DNA of 33,911 nucleotides from the NCBI GenBank assembly GCA_013265495.1, contig MU058740.1, positions 1-33,911 of the forward strand. Direction: 5' to 3'. The notes under the pieces are model-generated. The model worked only from the letters and a program-made list of their open reading frames with translations, did not search any database and was not told where the DNA came from. Origin of the DNA: Vicugna vicugna. Lineage: Eukaryota. Every line of letters starts with the position of its first letter. The first letter of the stretch is position 1. This document shows positions 1-11,226 of this stretch, in pieces. The position numbers and the translations under genes are program-made.

Positions 1-215
1 GCTGCCGCTGCTGCTGTGAAGGCGAAGGAGGCTGTAACGGGGATGCTGAGGTCTCGAGAACCCGGCCATGACCCAGCCAATGGCCAAGAAGCAGAGGGGA
101 TCCTGGTCCGCGGCCACATGAACTGCCAGCCGCTGACAGAGCAGGGTGGACTCTCCCAGAGCCTCCAGGTGAGTGCCCGGCCCAGCACAGCTTCGCTGTC
201 GGCCTCGGGACACCG
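1..215 (+). mobile_element. MaLR (MLT1-type) LTR remnant
   Basis: cagccaatggccaagaagcagaggg...actctcccagagcctccaggtgag resembles the MLT1 LTR core. Confidence 0.5.
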
Positions 216-239
216 GTCGCTTCCAGCTGTTGAGCTGGT

Positions 240-540
240 GTCGTTCCGCACGAGAGCGACACGACGGCCGTCCGCTCATCCGAGTTCCTCCGCGTGGAGC
301 GTCCTTCTCCACCTGCCCTGTGTGCGAATTCGGCTCCATCTTCAAGTCCCGTCCTCATATCCCTTCTCTCGCAGAGCCGCCCGGCTCCTCGGGCTGGGTC
401 TGCCCCGCCACGGGCCCCTCGGTGCCGAGGACCCTCATCTGCGTCATCCGCCCCCACATTGGTCTCCCTGCCACACTGGTGGCTTCTCCAGGGAAGAACT
501 TGCCTTGGTCATCTCTGTTTTTAGCCCCCGGCACAATTTC
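240..540 (+). mobile_element. L2 3' region remnant
   Basis: ctccatcttcaagtcccg... and ttgccttggtcatctctgtttttagcccccggcaca resemble the L2 3' end. Confidence 0.45.
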
Positions 541-2024
541 AGAGAAGACACTTGGAAACCACCTCCCGGAGAAGCTGTGGAGGACATCACCAAAGCCCCG
601 GGGACCCTACACTCCCGTAGGGGCGGAGAGACAGACGTCTCACTCGTCTTGCAGGCCCTCCTCCCTCCCACCCCGGCTGGCACCTCCACTTCGTGCCCCC
701 ACGTGCCATGCCCGCCCGGGAAGGACAGGTGGGGCAGCAGGGGAGGCAGGGCTGGAGGGGGCCTGGAGAGCAGACGGCCTATGGGAGAGCTCCCTGCACG
801 GCGCCCCTGCTCACCTCGGGGCGCCGGGAGCCACCCAGGCTGCGTCCAGAAGTCGGCCATCCAGCAGCGTCTGGGGTTTGCTGCCCACGAATTTACTTTT
901 TCTTTCAGGAACAGCTCTGCCATGTCTCTACTTTGAGCTTCACTCAGTGATAAGAAGCCACCCGGGGAAGCTCCACCATCGCAGTGAGACACCAGTAACT
1001 AAGCTTGGGTGCTTCTGATACGGGTCGTACGTGAAAATCATCAGAAAGAAAGACATCTTAGGTTCATCCTCAGCAGGTAGGCCGGAAGGCTCCGTGAGGA
1101 GAGGGCTGTGCTCCCTGCAGGGTTCTCCTCCGGCCTGAGCTGCTGTGGGGGCCCCTCTCCCGCGGTGCTGGGAGAGCCCTGCCCCACACGGCCCAGGGGC
1201 CCTGCACTCACTGTGCTGGACCATGGAGCCAAGGGGCCGTCCTCCGCACAAGCCCGGTGCCGGGGACCACCCTCCCCCCCCGCCCCAGGGCCCAGCACGG
1301 CGTCAACACGCAGCCCCAGCAAGCACTCCCGGAACAGTGGGGGCCTCGGGGGTCGCCCCTGTAAGGCGTGGGAGCAGGGAGGGCGAGAACAAGGGAGAGG
1401 GAGGAACCCGTGTCGGGAACAAGCTTGTAAGAGGTGCTCAGCTCTGGGAGAGCAACTTCTCGGGAGCGGTGTTGGTATCAGCTGAGAGATGTCACTTGCT
1501 GTTTTAATAGCACTTAAGAGATGGGAGTTTCCGAGTGGCGAGTGTGTAAAAAGTCAGAAGAGACTTGAGACAGACAGAAAGCTCTGCACAGTCGTCACTC
1601 TGCCCGCCGGGGGTCTGGGTGGGAGGGAAGGAGGCAGCGGGTCACGGAATGCGCCCGCGAGGAGGACACGCGTGTGCAGGCTGTGCTCTGCGTGGGACCA
1701 GACCCATGGCCCGGGTGGGGACGGACCCGCTGGTTCCCACCGCAGCACTGGTGAGAGGCTCTGTCGTTTCGTTCACCCCGAGAGAGGAGCGCTGCCTCCG
1801 CGGACGGCGGGCCGCCCAGGCTACAGGGGCAGCGGGCCCACGTGGGGGACGCGTCAGGCAACCATCGCTGGTAGGTAACTAAGACAGTGCGATGTGTCAT
1901 CAGGGTCCCGCCGACAGCTCCCACGGCTGCCACTCCAGTCCTCTGTGACCCACACCGCTTCAGACAGTCCTCACCATCCGACTGGAGTCCCTTTCTGCAG
2001 TATGGACGTTCACAGTGTGGCCTC

Positions 2025-2858
2025 NNNNNNNNNNNNNNNNNNNNNNNNNNNNNNNNNNNNNNNNNNNNNNNNNNNNNNNNNNNNNNNNNNNNNNNNNNNN
2101 NNNNNNNNNNNNNNNNNNNNNNNNNNNNNNNNNNNNNNNNNNNNNNNNNNNNNNNNNNNNNNNNNNNNNNNNNNNNNNNNNNNNNNNNNNNNNNNNNNNN
2201 NNNNNNNNNNNNNNNNNNNNNNNNNNNNNNNNNNNNNNNNNNNNNNNNNNNNNNNNNNNNNNNNNNNNNNNNNNNNNNNNNNNNNNNNNNNNNNNNNNNN
2301 NNNNNNNNNNNNNNNNNNNNNNNNNNNNNNNNNNNNNNNNNNNNNNNNNNNNNNNNNNNNNNNNNNNNNNNNNNNNNNNNNNNNNNNNNNNNNNNNNNNN
2401 NNNNNNNNNNNNNNNNNNNNNNNNNNNNNNNNNNNNNNNNNNNNNNNNNNNNNNNNNNNNNNNNNNNNNNNNNNNNNNNNNNNNNNNNNNNNNNNNNNNN
2501 NNNNNNNNNNNNNNNNNNNNNNNNNNNNNNNNNNNNNNNNNNNNNNNNNNNNNNNNNNNNNNNNNNNNNNNNNNNNNNNNNNNNNNNNNNNNNNNNNNNN
2601 NNNNNNNNNNNNNNNNNNNNNNNNNNNNNNNNNNNNNNNNNNNNNNNNNNNNNNNNNNNNNNNNNNNNNNNNNNNNNNNNNNNNNNNNNNNNNNNNNNNN
2701 NNNNNNNNNNNNNNNNNNNNNNNNNNNNNNNNNNNNNNNNNNNNNNNNNNNNNNNNNNNNNNNNNNNNNNNNNNNNNNNNNNNNNNNNNNNNNNNNNNNN
2801 NNNNNNNNNNNNNNNNNNNNNNNNNNNNNNNNNNNNNNNNNNNNNNNNNNNNNNNNNN
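2025..2858. other. Assembly gap (834 N)
   Basis: Run of N. Confidence 1.
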
Positions 2859-4271
2859 TAGATTTAAATATTTTTAAAAAGGAATTATGATGGAAACACA
2901 AGTTCCAGTTTACAGAGAGATAAATTTTCTTCTCTTATTTAAACTACCTTAGGATGTTTTTACACGGTTTAGTCCTGTCTACCGGACATTTACACGTCAC
3001 CCGCTTTAATTTGGGTTCAGTCTGAAAGGTGCTGCGCTCACAGAGCTGCAGCTCGCCCCCACGGAAAGGTCGTATTTAGGTCTTGATGTCTCTTCAGTAT
3101 GGGCGAGAGAGGCAGCTGAGAACCAGCTCGGGTCTCCAGCGGAGAATCGACAGTGATTTGCGACTCGAAACCGGCTTCTTCTGATGCTTTTAAAATTTGT
3201 GCACGTCTTTCAGAGGGACTGACAGGCTCGCATCACGTGAATTTGACAGAGTCATTTTCAGGCCACAGAACCACTTCCCAGTGATTTAAAGGCATGTGAC
3301 ACGTGCCTTTTATGCAGTATTTCTTCTCACTCTTGCTAATTTCTGATGAAAACACAAGGCTTTATCTTTTTGAAACTGGCCACATGGCAAACTGCAGAAC
3401 ACGTCCCGCGAGGAGCTACCTCCCCAAGGGCTTCTGCGCCTGTGACCTTTCCTGTCTCCATCCCCCTTACTCGCCAAGAGGAGGGGGCAGAAGTAGAGAT
3501 TCCCCTCCTGGAGTCGACCGCCCTCTAGGGCAGCTCTTATCTGCAGTGGCCACCACTCTGCTAGACAGGTCACTGCGGTCGTGATCGCAGCCGCGTCAGA
3601 GGCCTGGAAGTATTACAGGAGCAGAAAAAAATGACAGAAATAAAGGCCCTGGCCCCACAACTTAACGCAATCTTATCATAATCTGAAAACAGACGGCGGG
3701 TCCCCTGAGTCACTGGACAACGCACGCTTCCTGAACACCAATACTTTCCAGCACTTAGAGCGGCTCTCGGGGGCCTAGTTTTGGCTCCTCCTTCTCCCTG
3801 GTTTAAGGGGCATCTCTGTTCTCACTTCTTAATCTACCGAAAGGTAACATCCAAGACTTTCTGACTTTCTTCTGGGTCAAAAAGTAAACACTAGTGCTAA
3901 CAGATTAATCTTTGAACACCGATCACAACAGCCAAACGAGAGTTACAGGAAAGCCTTGTGGCGGGAAGGCCAGCACAGGAAGCTGGGCAACACGCCCCGG
4001 ATGCCAGCACTCTATTTCCCAAGCTCTACGGCTGGAAGATTTCAGACTGTTTCTTGCACATTTTCAAAACATCGACTGTTTGACTCAATGCATTTATACT
4101 CTTGGGAAGGAAGAAAAGGCAGAATTTGGGAGGTAAGTTCAACCACACCACCATTTGCTGAATTAAAGGTTAAGTCAGTGAAATACAGGTGTTAACTAGG
4201 TAGTTTTCATGGCTGGTGCTGGGGCTGCCCCCACCCCCAGGAAGCCACACTGCAGTCAGTGGGAGCGTTAC

Positions 4272-4462
4272 CTATGATAGAGAGGAAGGCGCTGGCTCTG
4301 GCTGGCTGAAAGCTGCTCCCCTGCAGCGCCGCCTCGCAGACGTACAGCCCGGTGTCCGCTGAGGTCGGGTTGCTGACGGTGAGGCGCCTCCCAAAGCTGT
4401 GGAGCCCGCTGGTGACTGTCACTCTGTTTCTCTTCCAGGTCACACTCAGCTCCTCCAGAGGC
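4272..4462 (-). CDS. SDK1: Sidekick cell adhesion molecule 1, internal coding exon (191 nt; probably exon 7), remainder of the Ig domain
   Basis: Translates PLEELSVTWKRNRVTVTSGLHSFGRRLTVSNPTSADTGLYVCEAALQGSSFQPARASAFLSII, with the Ig core Trp and the DxGxYxC motif. Acceptor ccttcctcctcacag|G with branch-like CCCTAAC (4486-4480) and donor G|gtaacg. Phase matches the upstream exon (AG+G = Arg). Confidence 0.96.
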
Positions 4463-5093
4463 CTGTGAGGAGGAAGGGTGTTAGGGACCATGACTGTGGA
4501 TCATGTTGATGGCAATCGTAATAATTTCAGGCATTCAGCACGGGCTTGACGAAGCTAATTCTACCAGGAGCCGCGGTGGGCTGAACAACGGACATTTAAA
4601 AATCAATCCAGACAGAGCTCCCTCCCCGATGGCGCATCCGCGACGCATTCTGCTCAAGGGCTATTGAGCAAGGATAGCTAATTGCAGCAGCAATGGACCA
4701 TAAGTGCTAACGATTCCATTTGCTCAGGAAGAGAATGTCGAAAATAACTACTGCTCGGGGACATGGCTACCTAGGAGGTGACGGTGGCGCTAACTGGGCC
4801 GAGAACACCCAGGACTGCAGAGGACAGGAGTAACTCTTCCCTTTGTGGCCAGACACCCCAGCGCCTCTCCCCTCCTCGGTGGGAATCTCGGAGGAGGCGT
4901 CCCACCATGCCCCACGCCACGTGGAAAAGCACCGCTTTCCAGCGCAAATGCTGCAGTCAGCGCAGACACGGCAGAACGGGGCTCGGGGACGAGTCTGCAC
5001 ACGGCGTCCCTGTCCTCCCGAGCACGCTGCACACACACCCGGCTGGAGGAACAGGACCCCCAGGGCAGAGGAGCAAACCACACACAGGCCTAC
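4463..5093 (-). other. SDK1: SDK1 intron (631 nt, GT-AG) between the two exons
   Basis: Begins gtaggc and ends ctcacag on the minus strand; removing it keeps the reading frame. Confidence 0.92.
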
Positions 5094-5205
5094 CTGGCAC
5101 TGGCCACACACTCCAAGGTGGCCTCGCTGGACCCGGCCACCACACTCCTGTTGCGCGGGGGTACCACGATGACAGGGGCCGTGGCTTCAGGAGCGCCGAC
5201 ATCCC
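5094..5205 (-). CDS. SDK1: Sidekick cell adhesion molecule 1, internal coding exon (112 nt; probably exon 6), start of an Ig domain
   Basis: Translates [36 protein letters not shown](R), close to the SDK1 segment as I recall it ([37 protein letters not shown]). Acceptor ttttctctgccacag|GG at 5206/5205 and donor AG|gtaggc at 5094/5093. Phase 1 in, phase 2 out. Confidence 0.95.
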
Positions 5206-6786
5206 CTGTGGCAGAGAAAACAAAAGCCCGTGGAACTCCTCTCCAAGGTACCGGGAAGTCTGAGGACTGGACGCGTGACAAACAGGAATCCCGTCAGGCC
5301 GGTGGACAGGATTCCCAGTGTCTAGCGACCCGCCCCCTGGGAGCCCTCAGTGTCCTCGAGGCCTCTGCCCGGCTGCAGGAGCCCAGGGTGGAGTCCACAG
5401 CCCAGGAGCGGATGTCCGGACGGGAGCCCGAGAGCACCCAGAGCCTCCTGCTGCGCCTCCTGCTGCATTCAGCTGCTGCGCATTTTCCAAAATGCTTGCT
5501 GGCTTTGTTATTTTTTTTAATTGATCTAAGAGTTTGCTCACGGAGTTACCTAGTCTGTCTACCCACTACTTTCAAGTCCACTCAACCTCACGAAGTTTTC
5601 ACGCGTCGGGCATTCTGCCAGGCACGCGCGTCTCCTCTTGGGGCCCGAGTGGGATCCCGGAGGAAACACGTTCTGCTAACAAGGTGCGCAGTTCTTTCCA
5701 GGAAAGGAGCTTAACCGTCCTGAATCCAGCTCTGTTGTGTGAGTTTCAAACTGTAAATAATTTAGCTCATACTTCTGGTGACAAGGGAGGAGAAAAAACA
5801 CCACGACACATTTTTTGCCACTTTTGTCGCAAGTACACGTAATGTTAAAATCAACTACCCACAGCGCACGTTACTGCTGCTTATTTACGGAAAGTGAAGA
5901 CTGAGCCAACGTTTCTAGATCAGGAATTTCAACAGAGGGTGGAGACGGAGGAGATTGGAAGTAAAAATGAATTGACATCACAGCAAAGGCAAAACGCTTG
6001 CTGTAGAACTTGACACTGCAGGGACCCGCCACCACCGGGAGCAGTGGCACAACTCTGGGAGGCCCCAGCTGGCCGGCAGTGCAGTCAGGGCCATCGGGGG
6101 AGGACAGCACGGAGACGGGGGACTGACTGCTTACTGACACCAGGTTCCCTCTGCTCTGTGTTCTGGCTTTCACTGCCTAAGCTGTCTGTGATGGTTTTGA
6201 ATTAAAGGTTCATGTGAATTAAAAAAAATAATAAAAAAGCTTGATGCGGGCAGAGCCAACAAATCAATGTTTTTAAACCTATAAACATCGATTCCACAAT
6301 TTGAGGCCAGTTCTCGGGTACCCGGAGGTCCCTGGTAAGCAGGAGGCAGCCTTCACCTCCCCCGACCCCGCAGGGCTCCCTGGAGAGCTTCCCTGCAACG
6401 TTCTCCGTTGGCAGAAGTGCAGGGCTCGTGGGTCCGGTCGTCAGGTTTCCCAGGAGATGCTGGAGAACAGACACGCTCGTGAGGAGACGGAGGACAAAGG
6501 CGGAATGCCCATCAGATGAACGCCTGCCTGTCACCTGCGAAAGTCGCTGATGAGGAGAAACGACCTGAGAAGCTAATATTTGCAAATAGTTCTGCGAAGC
6601 GAAGGAGAGCAGCGGGGAGCACGCAGAGGGCACCGGCAAGGTGCTAACTGGGCACTAATCACCGCTCCGCCCCCGCGCAGCACGGGAAGCCCGTGCTCGG
6701 CACTTGTCCCCGGCCGGTCAGCCTGGACTGGATCGTGCCCGAGACAGAGCAGCGGCGTCTGCAGCCGCTGGGGGATGTGCGACCCA

Positions 6787-6896
6787 CCAGCCCCATCGGG
6801 GGGGGGGGAAGAGGAAGAGGCTCCGCGTGGACACTCACGAGGGCCAGCCCCATCGGGGGGGAAAGAGGAAGCGGCTCCGCGTGGACGCTCACGAGG
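6787..6896. repeat. Two-copy ~57-bp GC-rich tandem repeat
   Basis: ccagccccatc(G)n-aagaggaag(a/c)ggctccgcgtggac(a/g)ctcacgagg at 6787 and 6844; G-run lengths differ. Confidence 0.9.
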
Positions 6897-7649
6897 AACA
6901 GTAACTTTTATTTGTATCGCACACGCAGCCCGCACCATCACACGAGGTCCAGTCCCCTCACCCCACAGGGTCAACAGGACAAGTCGAGTGACCAGCTCAG
7001 TATCGGCTGGTATACATCCATCTGTTCTCGCCCCCCGAGCCTCTGGACCCCGACTCCTCTGTTCTTTCTCATGACGCATGAATCACATGTGACACCTGTT
7101 GGAGAAGTAGGTACACGAGATGCAGAAAATGGAACAGGCCCTAAAAAGAGTGTGTCTGCCACACACGTGCTGGTAAAGGGACCTTGACTCAAGGAAACGA
7201 GGACGGCAGGACCAAAGCTGGGTCTCGGGGCGGCAGGGCCTGCGCGTTTTCTACGGAAACTGCGGGAACAACACTTCAGTAAAAGTTCACGGAGGTGCCC
7301 AGCACCCAGCTCTCCCAGGGGTGAGGACAGTCAGTGTTCATCAGATCACACAGCGCTGGCACACTTGCTTCTTAAAGACAAACCTGTTTTTACATTTCAG
7401 GCAAATTCACACGTGCACACGGACTAAAAAGAACAGCACAGGGAGGCTGGAAACGGAACAGAACCCCCCAGACCGTGCCCCCAAAATGGGAACATTTAAC
7501 TCGGCAACTGGCAGCTTTGCTTCAGTCAGGCGGGGAGCCCAGTGTTGTTCCGAAGGGACCCTGGTCCCCGGAGTGCAGAGGCCTTTGGTCCGAAGTCATT
7601 TATTCTCAGTGGAGAAGAACCCTAACCCGCCTGCCTCTCTGTCCGTCCA

Positions 7650-8259
7650 TCTGTCTGCTCACTTCAGCCGCGGAGTGTTCTGCACACCGTGCGAGGCAGG
7701 AAGCGGCCCATTCCAGACACAAGGCACTGCCTAACCCCCGGGTTGCGGTCTGCATCAGAACCGCTCCTCTGTGGCCAGGCCCGCGCCAGGTGTCCCCACG
7801 CCGAGAGTGTCCCCCGGGGGCGCGACCCCTCCATACAGACCCTGGGCTCATCCCTCACTCGCCCTCCGCGTCACGTGGGCCTGAGTCTCTTCTTCCTTCA
7901 CCGCATTTCAGGGGCTTTTACTCCTGTTTTAAGGGAGGGGAGGTAACGGGTGTAGTCTGTCTGCTCACTTCAGCCGCGGAGTGTTCTGCACGCCGTGCGA
8001 GGCAGGAAGCGGCCCGTTCCAGACACAAGGCACTGCCTAACCCCCGGGTTGCGGTCTGTGTCAGAACCGCTCCTCTGTGGCCAGGCCCGCGCCAGGTGTC
8101 CCCGCGCCGAGAGCGTCCCCCGGGGGCGCGACCCCTCCATACAGACCCTGGGCTCATCCCTCACTCGCCCTCCGCGTCACGTGGGCCTGAGTCTCTTCTT
8201 CCTTCACCGCATTTCAGGGGCTTTTACTCCTGTTTTAAGGGAGGGGAGGTAACGGGTGT
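7650..8259. repeat. Tandem duplication, period 306 bp (7650-7953 and 7956-8259)
   Basis: Direct comparison: colinear, no indels, 6 mismatched bases at 5 sites. Confidence 0.97.
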
Positions 8260-8406
8260 GCATTTTTAACCTTCCGAGCTGACTTTTCTACCAATTTTTT
8301 CCCCCATATTCAATTTTTAGGAGAAAAAATGCAAAGAAGACTATCTGGGCATTTCTGAAAGAATAAAGCAACCACTTCATCTCTGCTGTTCCCACAGAAT
8401 CTAAGA

Positions 8407-9045
8407 TTGGTTGATTTTTCATAAATATTCCATAATAACGACTCACTACTACCACCACCAGGAGAATTGCCCTCTCCTTCACTGTTCCGCATTAAAAAGC
8501 CATTTCAAAGCTACCATATGCCAGCATGTTAAGAATCATTTCCTAGAAGACTGAGAACAAATGGGAAAGAGGGAAGGAAACCGCTTCACTGAGCTCCTAT
8601 CCGGACACTTAGCGTTTTGCCGCATGTTCACACTCACACGTGTTGCCCCGTGACGGCAACAAGCTCATAAGGGAGCTGTTAGTATTCCTTGTTCGTAGAT
8701 GAGAAAATTGAATAACAGGCACCCAACAAATGCTCAATGGTTGGTTGATTTTTCACAAATATTCCATAATAACGAGCCACTACTACCACCACCAGGAGAA
8801 TTGCCCTCTCCTTCAGTGTTCCGCGTTAAAAAGCCATTTCAAAGCTACCATATGCCAGCGTGTTAAGAATCATTTCCGAGAAGACTGAGAACAAATGGGA
8901 AAGAGGGAAGGAAACCGCTTCACTGAGCTCCTATCCGGACACTTAGCGTTTTGCCGCATGTTCACACTCACACGTGTTGCCCCGTGATGGCAACAAGCTC
9001 ATAAGGGAGCTGTTAGTATTCCCTGTTTGTAGATGAGAAAATTGA
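8407..9045. repeat. Direct duplication of 305 bp (8407-8711 and 8741-9045) with a 29-bp spacer
   Basis: Offset 334, about 10 substitutions, no indels. The unit ends within a MIR-like segment. Confidence 0.96.
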
Positions 9046-9070
9046 GGCCCAGCGTCATGTGACGTCGCCT
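8920..9070 (-). mobile_element. MIR remnant (partly duplicated at about 8590-8711)
   Basis: tattccctgtttgtagatgagaaaattgaggcccag is the antisense MIR core. Confidence 0.65.
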
Positions 9071-9732
9071 CCTCGTAGAACTTTGGCTGTGCTCGGTTAG
9101 CCCCGAATTAAATTAGCTAGAATGCTCCTTCCCCCAGCACTTCCCTCTCTGAGACTTTCCTGTCGCTCTTTCAGGGGCACGCTTCCCAGGCTGGTTCAGG
9201 TGGTTGGGAGGGTTTCGGCTGAGGTCAGCCCATCGGGCACCAGGCAGCTTCAAAGGCACAGAGGCAAATGCTCTGTGGTCCGGGGAACAAAGATCTCAGC
9301 CGAGGGAAATGGCACACAGAACAGTCCGTGTTCCCCTGCGTGAACCCCTTAATCACCAAAGAGGCTGAGCAGGGAGAAGTTGCCTGGTTTACATTTAATT
9401 ACAAAGTACATTTAAATATCAACTCTCTCAAACAGAAAAAAAAAATTCAAAGTCCACTTGAAATGCTAAGCAGTGGAATTACTGCAGATAAAGTAGGATG
9501 ACTGGAAAACAGCCCGCTTCCCTGTGATCGAGACAGTGGCTTGGGTGGGAGGGCAGCCTGAGGGTACCCAGCAAGTCACACAGACCGCGCGTCGGAGCCG
9601 CGGGAGTGGCTGGAGCTGGTGGACGAGACCTGGCGGGAAGGAATCAGCTGGAGCACATCTGAAAGCCACTGGAGGGTCTAGGGCAGAGGGGGGAGAGGAT
9701 AGGACCTTGTCTTAAAAGAATCAAACTCTGGA

Positions 9733-9964
9733 AATGGCCTTATTCTAATCTTTTTTATGGCTAAGTAGTATTCCATTGTATATAGCACAGGGAACTACGT
9801 TTAATATCTAGTAGTAATTTATAATGAAAAAGAATGTGAAAAGGAATACATGTATATACACAGATGACTGAGACATTATGCTGTGCACCAGGAATTGACA
9901 CAACTTTGTAAACTGACTATACATACTTCAATTTTAAAAAAGAGAGAGAAATACAATAAAATAA
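9733..9964 (+). mobile_element. Short 5'-truncated, 5'-inverted L1 (artiodactyl/camelid-type 3' end) with TSD
   Basis: Antisense L1 piece at 9733-~9780 joined to the sense 3' end tatagcacagggaact...gtaaactgactatac and an A-rich tail. TSD aaactctgga at 9723-9732 and 9965-9974. Confidence 0.85.
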
Positions 9965-10328
9965 AAACTCTGGAGACTGCAGTGGGCAAAGGAGGACACG
10001 GGAGACCAGCCAGGTGACGGCAGGCACTCGTGCAAGACACAGTAATTCGTGCATGGAGGTGGGAACCAGATCTGGGACTTTTCTCAAAGGCACAGGCACG
10101 CAGTTGCTGATGGACTGGACTTGGGGGTGACTGTGGGACTGGGGCCGAGGGGGGAGCTACTGTTTGTGAGATGGGAGGGCCAGGGGTAAGGGAATCTGGC
10201 TCTGCACCTGTTGTAGGTGGGGTTCTTACAGGTCTCAAGGCTCATCAGTGGCCTGGACACCCCTCCATGCTCAGTCTTTGCCTCTCTGCTCCCAAAGCTC
10301 TCTCACATGTCTTATCCACACTATCACC

Positions 10329-11226
10329 TCTTTGGAAAGCTGCCCATTCCTCCAAAAATTACATATTAAAAATAGAACTGCGATATGACCCACCAGTCCA
10401 CTCCTGGGTACACAGTTGACCCCTGAGCAACATGGGGGTGACAAAGTGTCGACGCTCCAGCAGGTGAAAATCCACATGTAACTGTACTGGCCCTCCGTAT
10501 ACATGGCTCCTCTGTATACATGGCTCCTCTGTATATGCAGTTCCACATCTGAGGCTCCACCTAGTGCAGACTGTGTAGTTACTGTCATGTTTACTACCAC
10601 TGGATGCCTCTGAAGCAACACGGCAGGTTGTCCCATCCAGCCGGTCCCAGCGTCAGCTACTTAAGGACCTTGATCTTGTCCATTTGACAGAAGACTGCCT
10701 TCCTTTTCATCTAGGGCCCTAACCCTCACTGTTATGCATGCAAATAAAACTGCTTTGCATTGTTTAAAAAATGGGCCCATGCTGTCCAAACTCGTGTTTT
10801 TCAAGGGTCAACTGTATATCTGAAGGAAACAGATGGGTCTCCGAGAAATATCCACATCCTTGCGTTCACTGCAGCATTATTCACCAATGACATGGAAACA
10901 ACCTGTGTCCATCAGCAGAGGAATGGACAAAGTGTGGTAGGTGTACACACTGGAATATTACTCAGCCATGAAAAAGAAGGAAACGCTGCCATTTGCAACA
11001 ACATGGTTGGACCCAGAAGGTATTATGCCAAGTTATTATCATAAGTCAGAGCAAGACAAATACTGTATGACCTCACTTCTACATGGCATCAAAAAAGTGG
11101 AACTCAAGAGAACAGATTGGTGGTTAGCAGAGGCGAGGAGCAGGAGGAGGAAGAAATGGGTGAAGGCAGTCAGAAGACACAAACTCCCAGTTGTAAGATA
11201 CATAAGCTCTGGGGTGCAATGTAAAC
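10329..11226 (+). mobile_element. L1 (L1MA-like) ORF2 end/3'UTR fragment, interrupted by a Tigger-type MITE
   Basis: aaaatagaactgcgatatgaccca..., the ORF remnant EYYSAMKKKETLPFATTWLDPEGIM, and the 3'UTR cccagttgtaagatacataag. Confidence 0.85.
10413..10814. mobile_element. Tigger2/MER8-like MITE carrying a foreign ~170-bp insert
   Basis: TIRs cagttgacccctga / tcaagggtcaactg, flanked by CA (probably a mutated TA) and TA; L1 sequence is continuous across it. Internal 19-bp tandem repeat at about 10492-10535. Confidence 0.85.

Larger units (their letters stand above)
1..4271 (-). other. SDK1: SDK1 intron downstream of the 191-nt exon; next exon not seen (outside the window or in the gap)
   Basis: Starts with donor gtaacg. 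No EPP-starting Ig exon recognised in the sequenced part. Confidence 0.7.

Noticed and set aside
16..1018. Long overlapping ORFs (306 aa, 281 aa)
   Set aside because: GC-rich and stop-poor, overlapping LTR and L2 remnants, Pro/Arg/Gly-biased, no recognisable domain.
1887..2901. ORFs spanning the first gap (likewise 30465-31431)
   Set aside because: Length is an artefact of N runs.
4463..4491. Intronic in-frame ATG in good Kozak context (gtcATGG) just upstream of the 191-nt exon
   Set aside because: It runs through the branch point and polypyrimidine tract, would start mid-Ig domain without a signal peptide, and is expected by chance.
4646..4675. Small inverted repeat tgctcaa/ttgagca in the short intron
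   Set aside because: A 7-bp stem is expected by chance and is too short for a pre-miRNA.
4845..5714. 289-aa plus-strand ORF antisense to the SDK1 exon
   Set aside because: No recognisable homology; typical shadow ORF in GC-rich DNA.
7475..8269. 264-aa ORF with an internal 102-aa repeat
   Set aside because: Follows from the 306-bp duplication being a multiple of 3; no domain and a non-ATG start.
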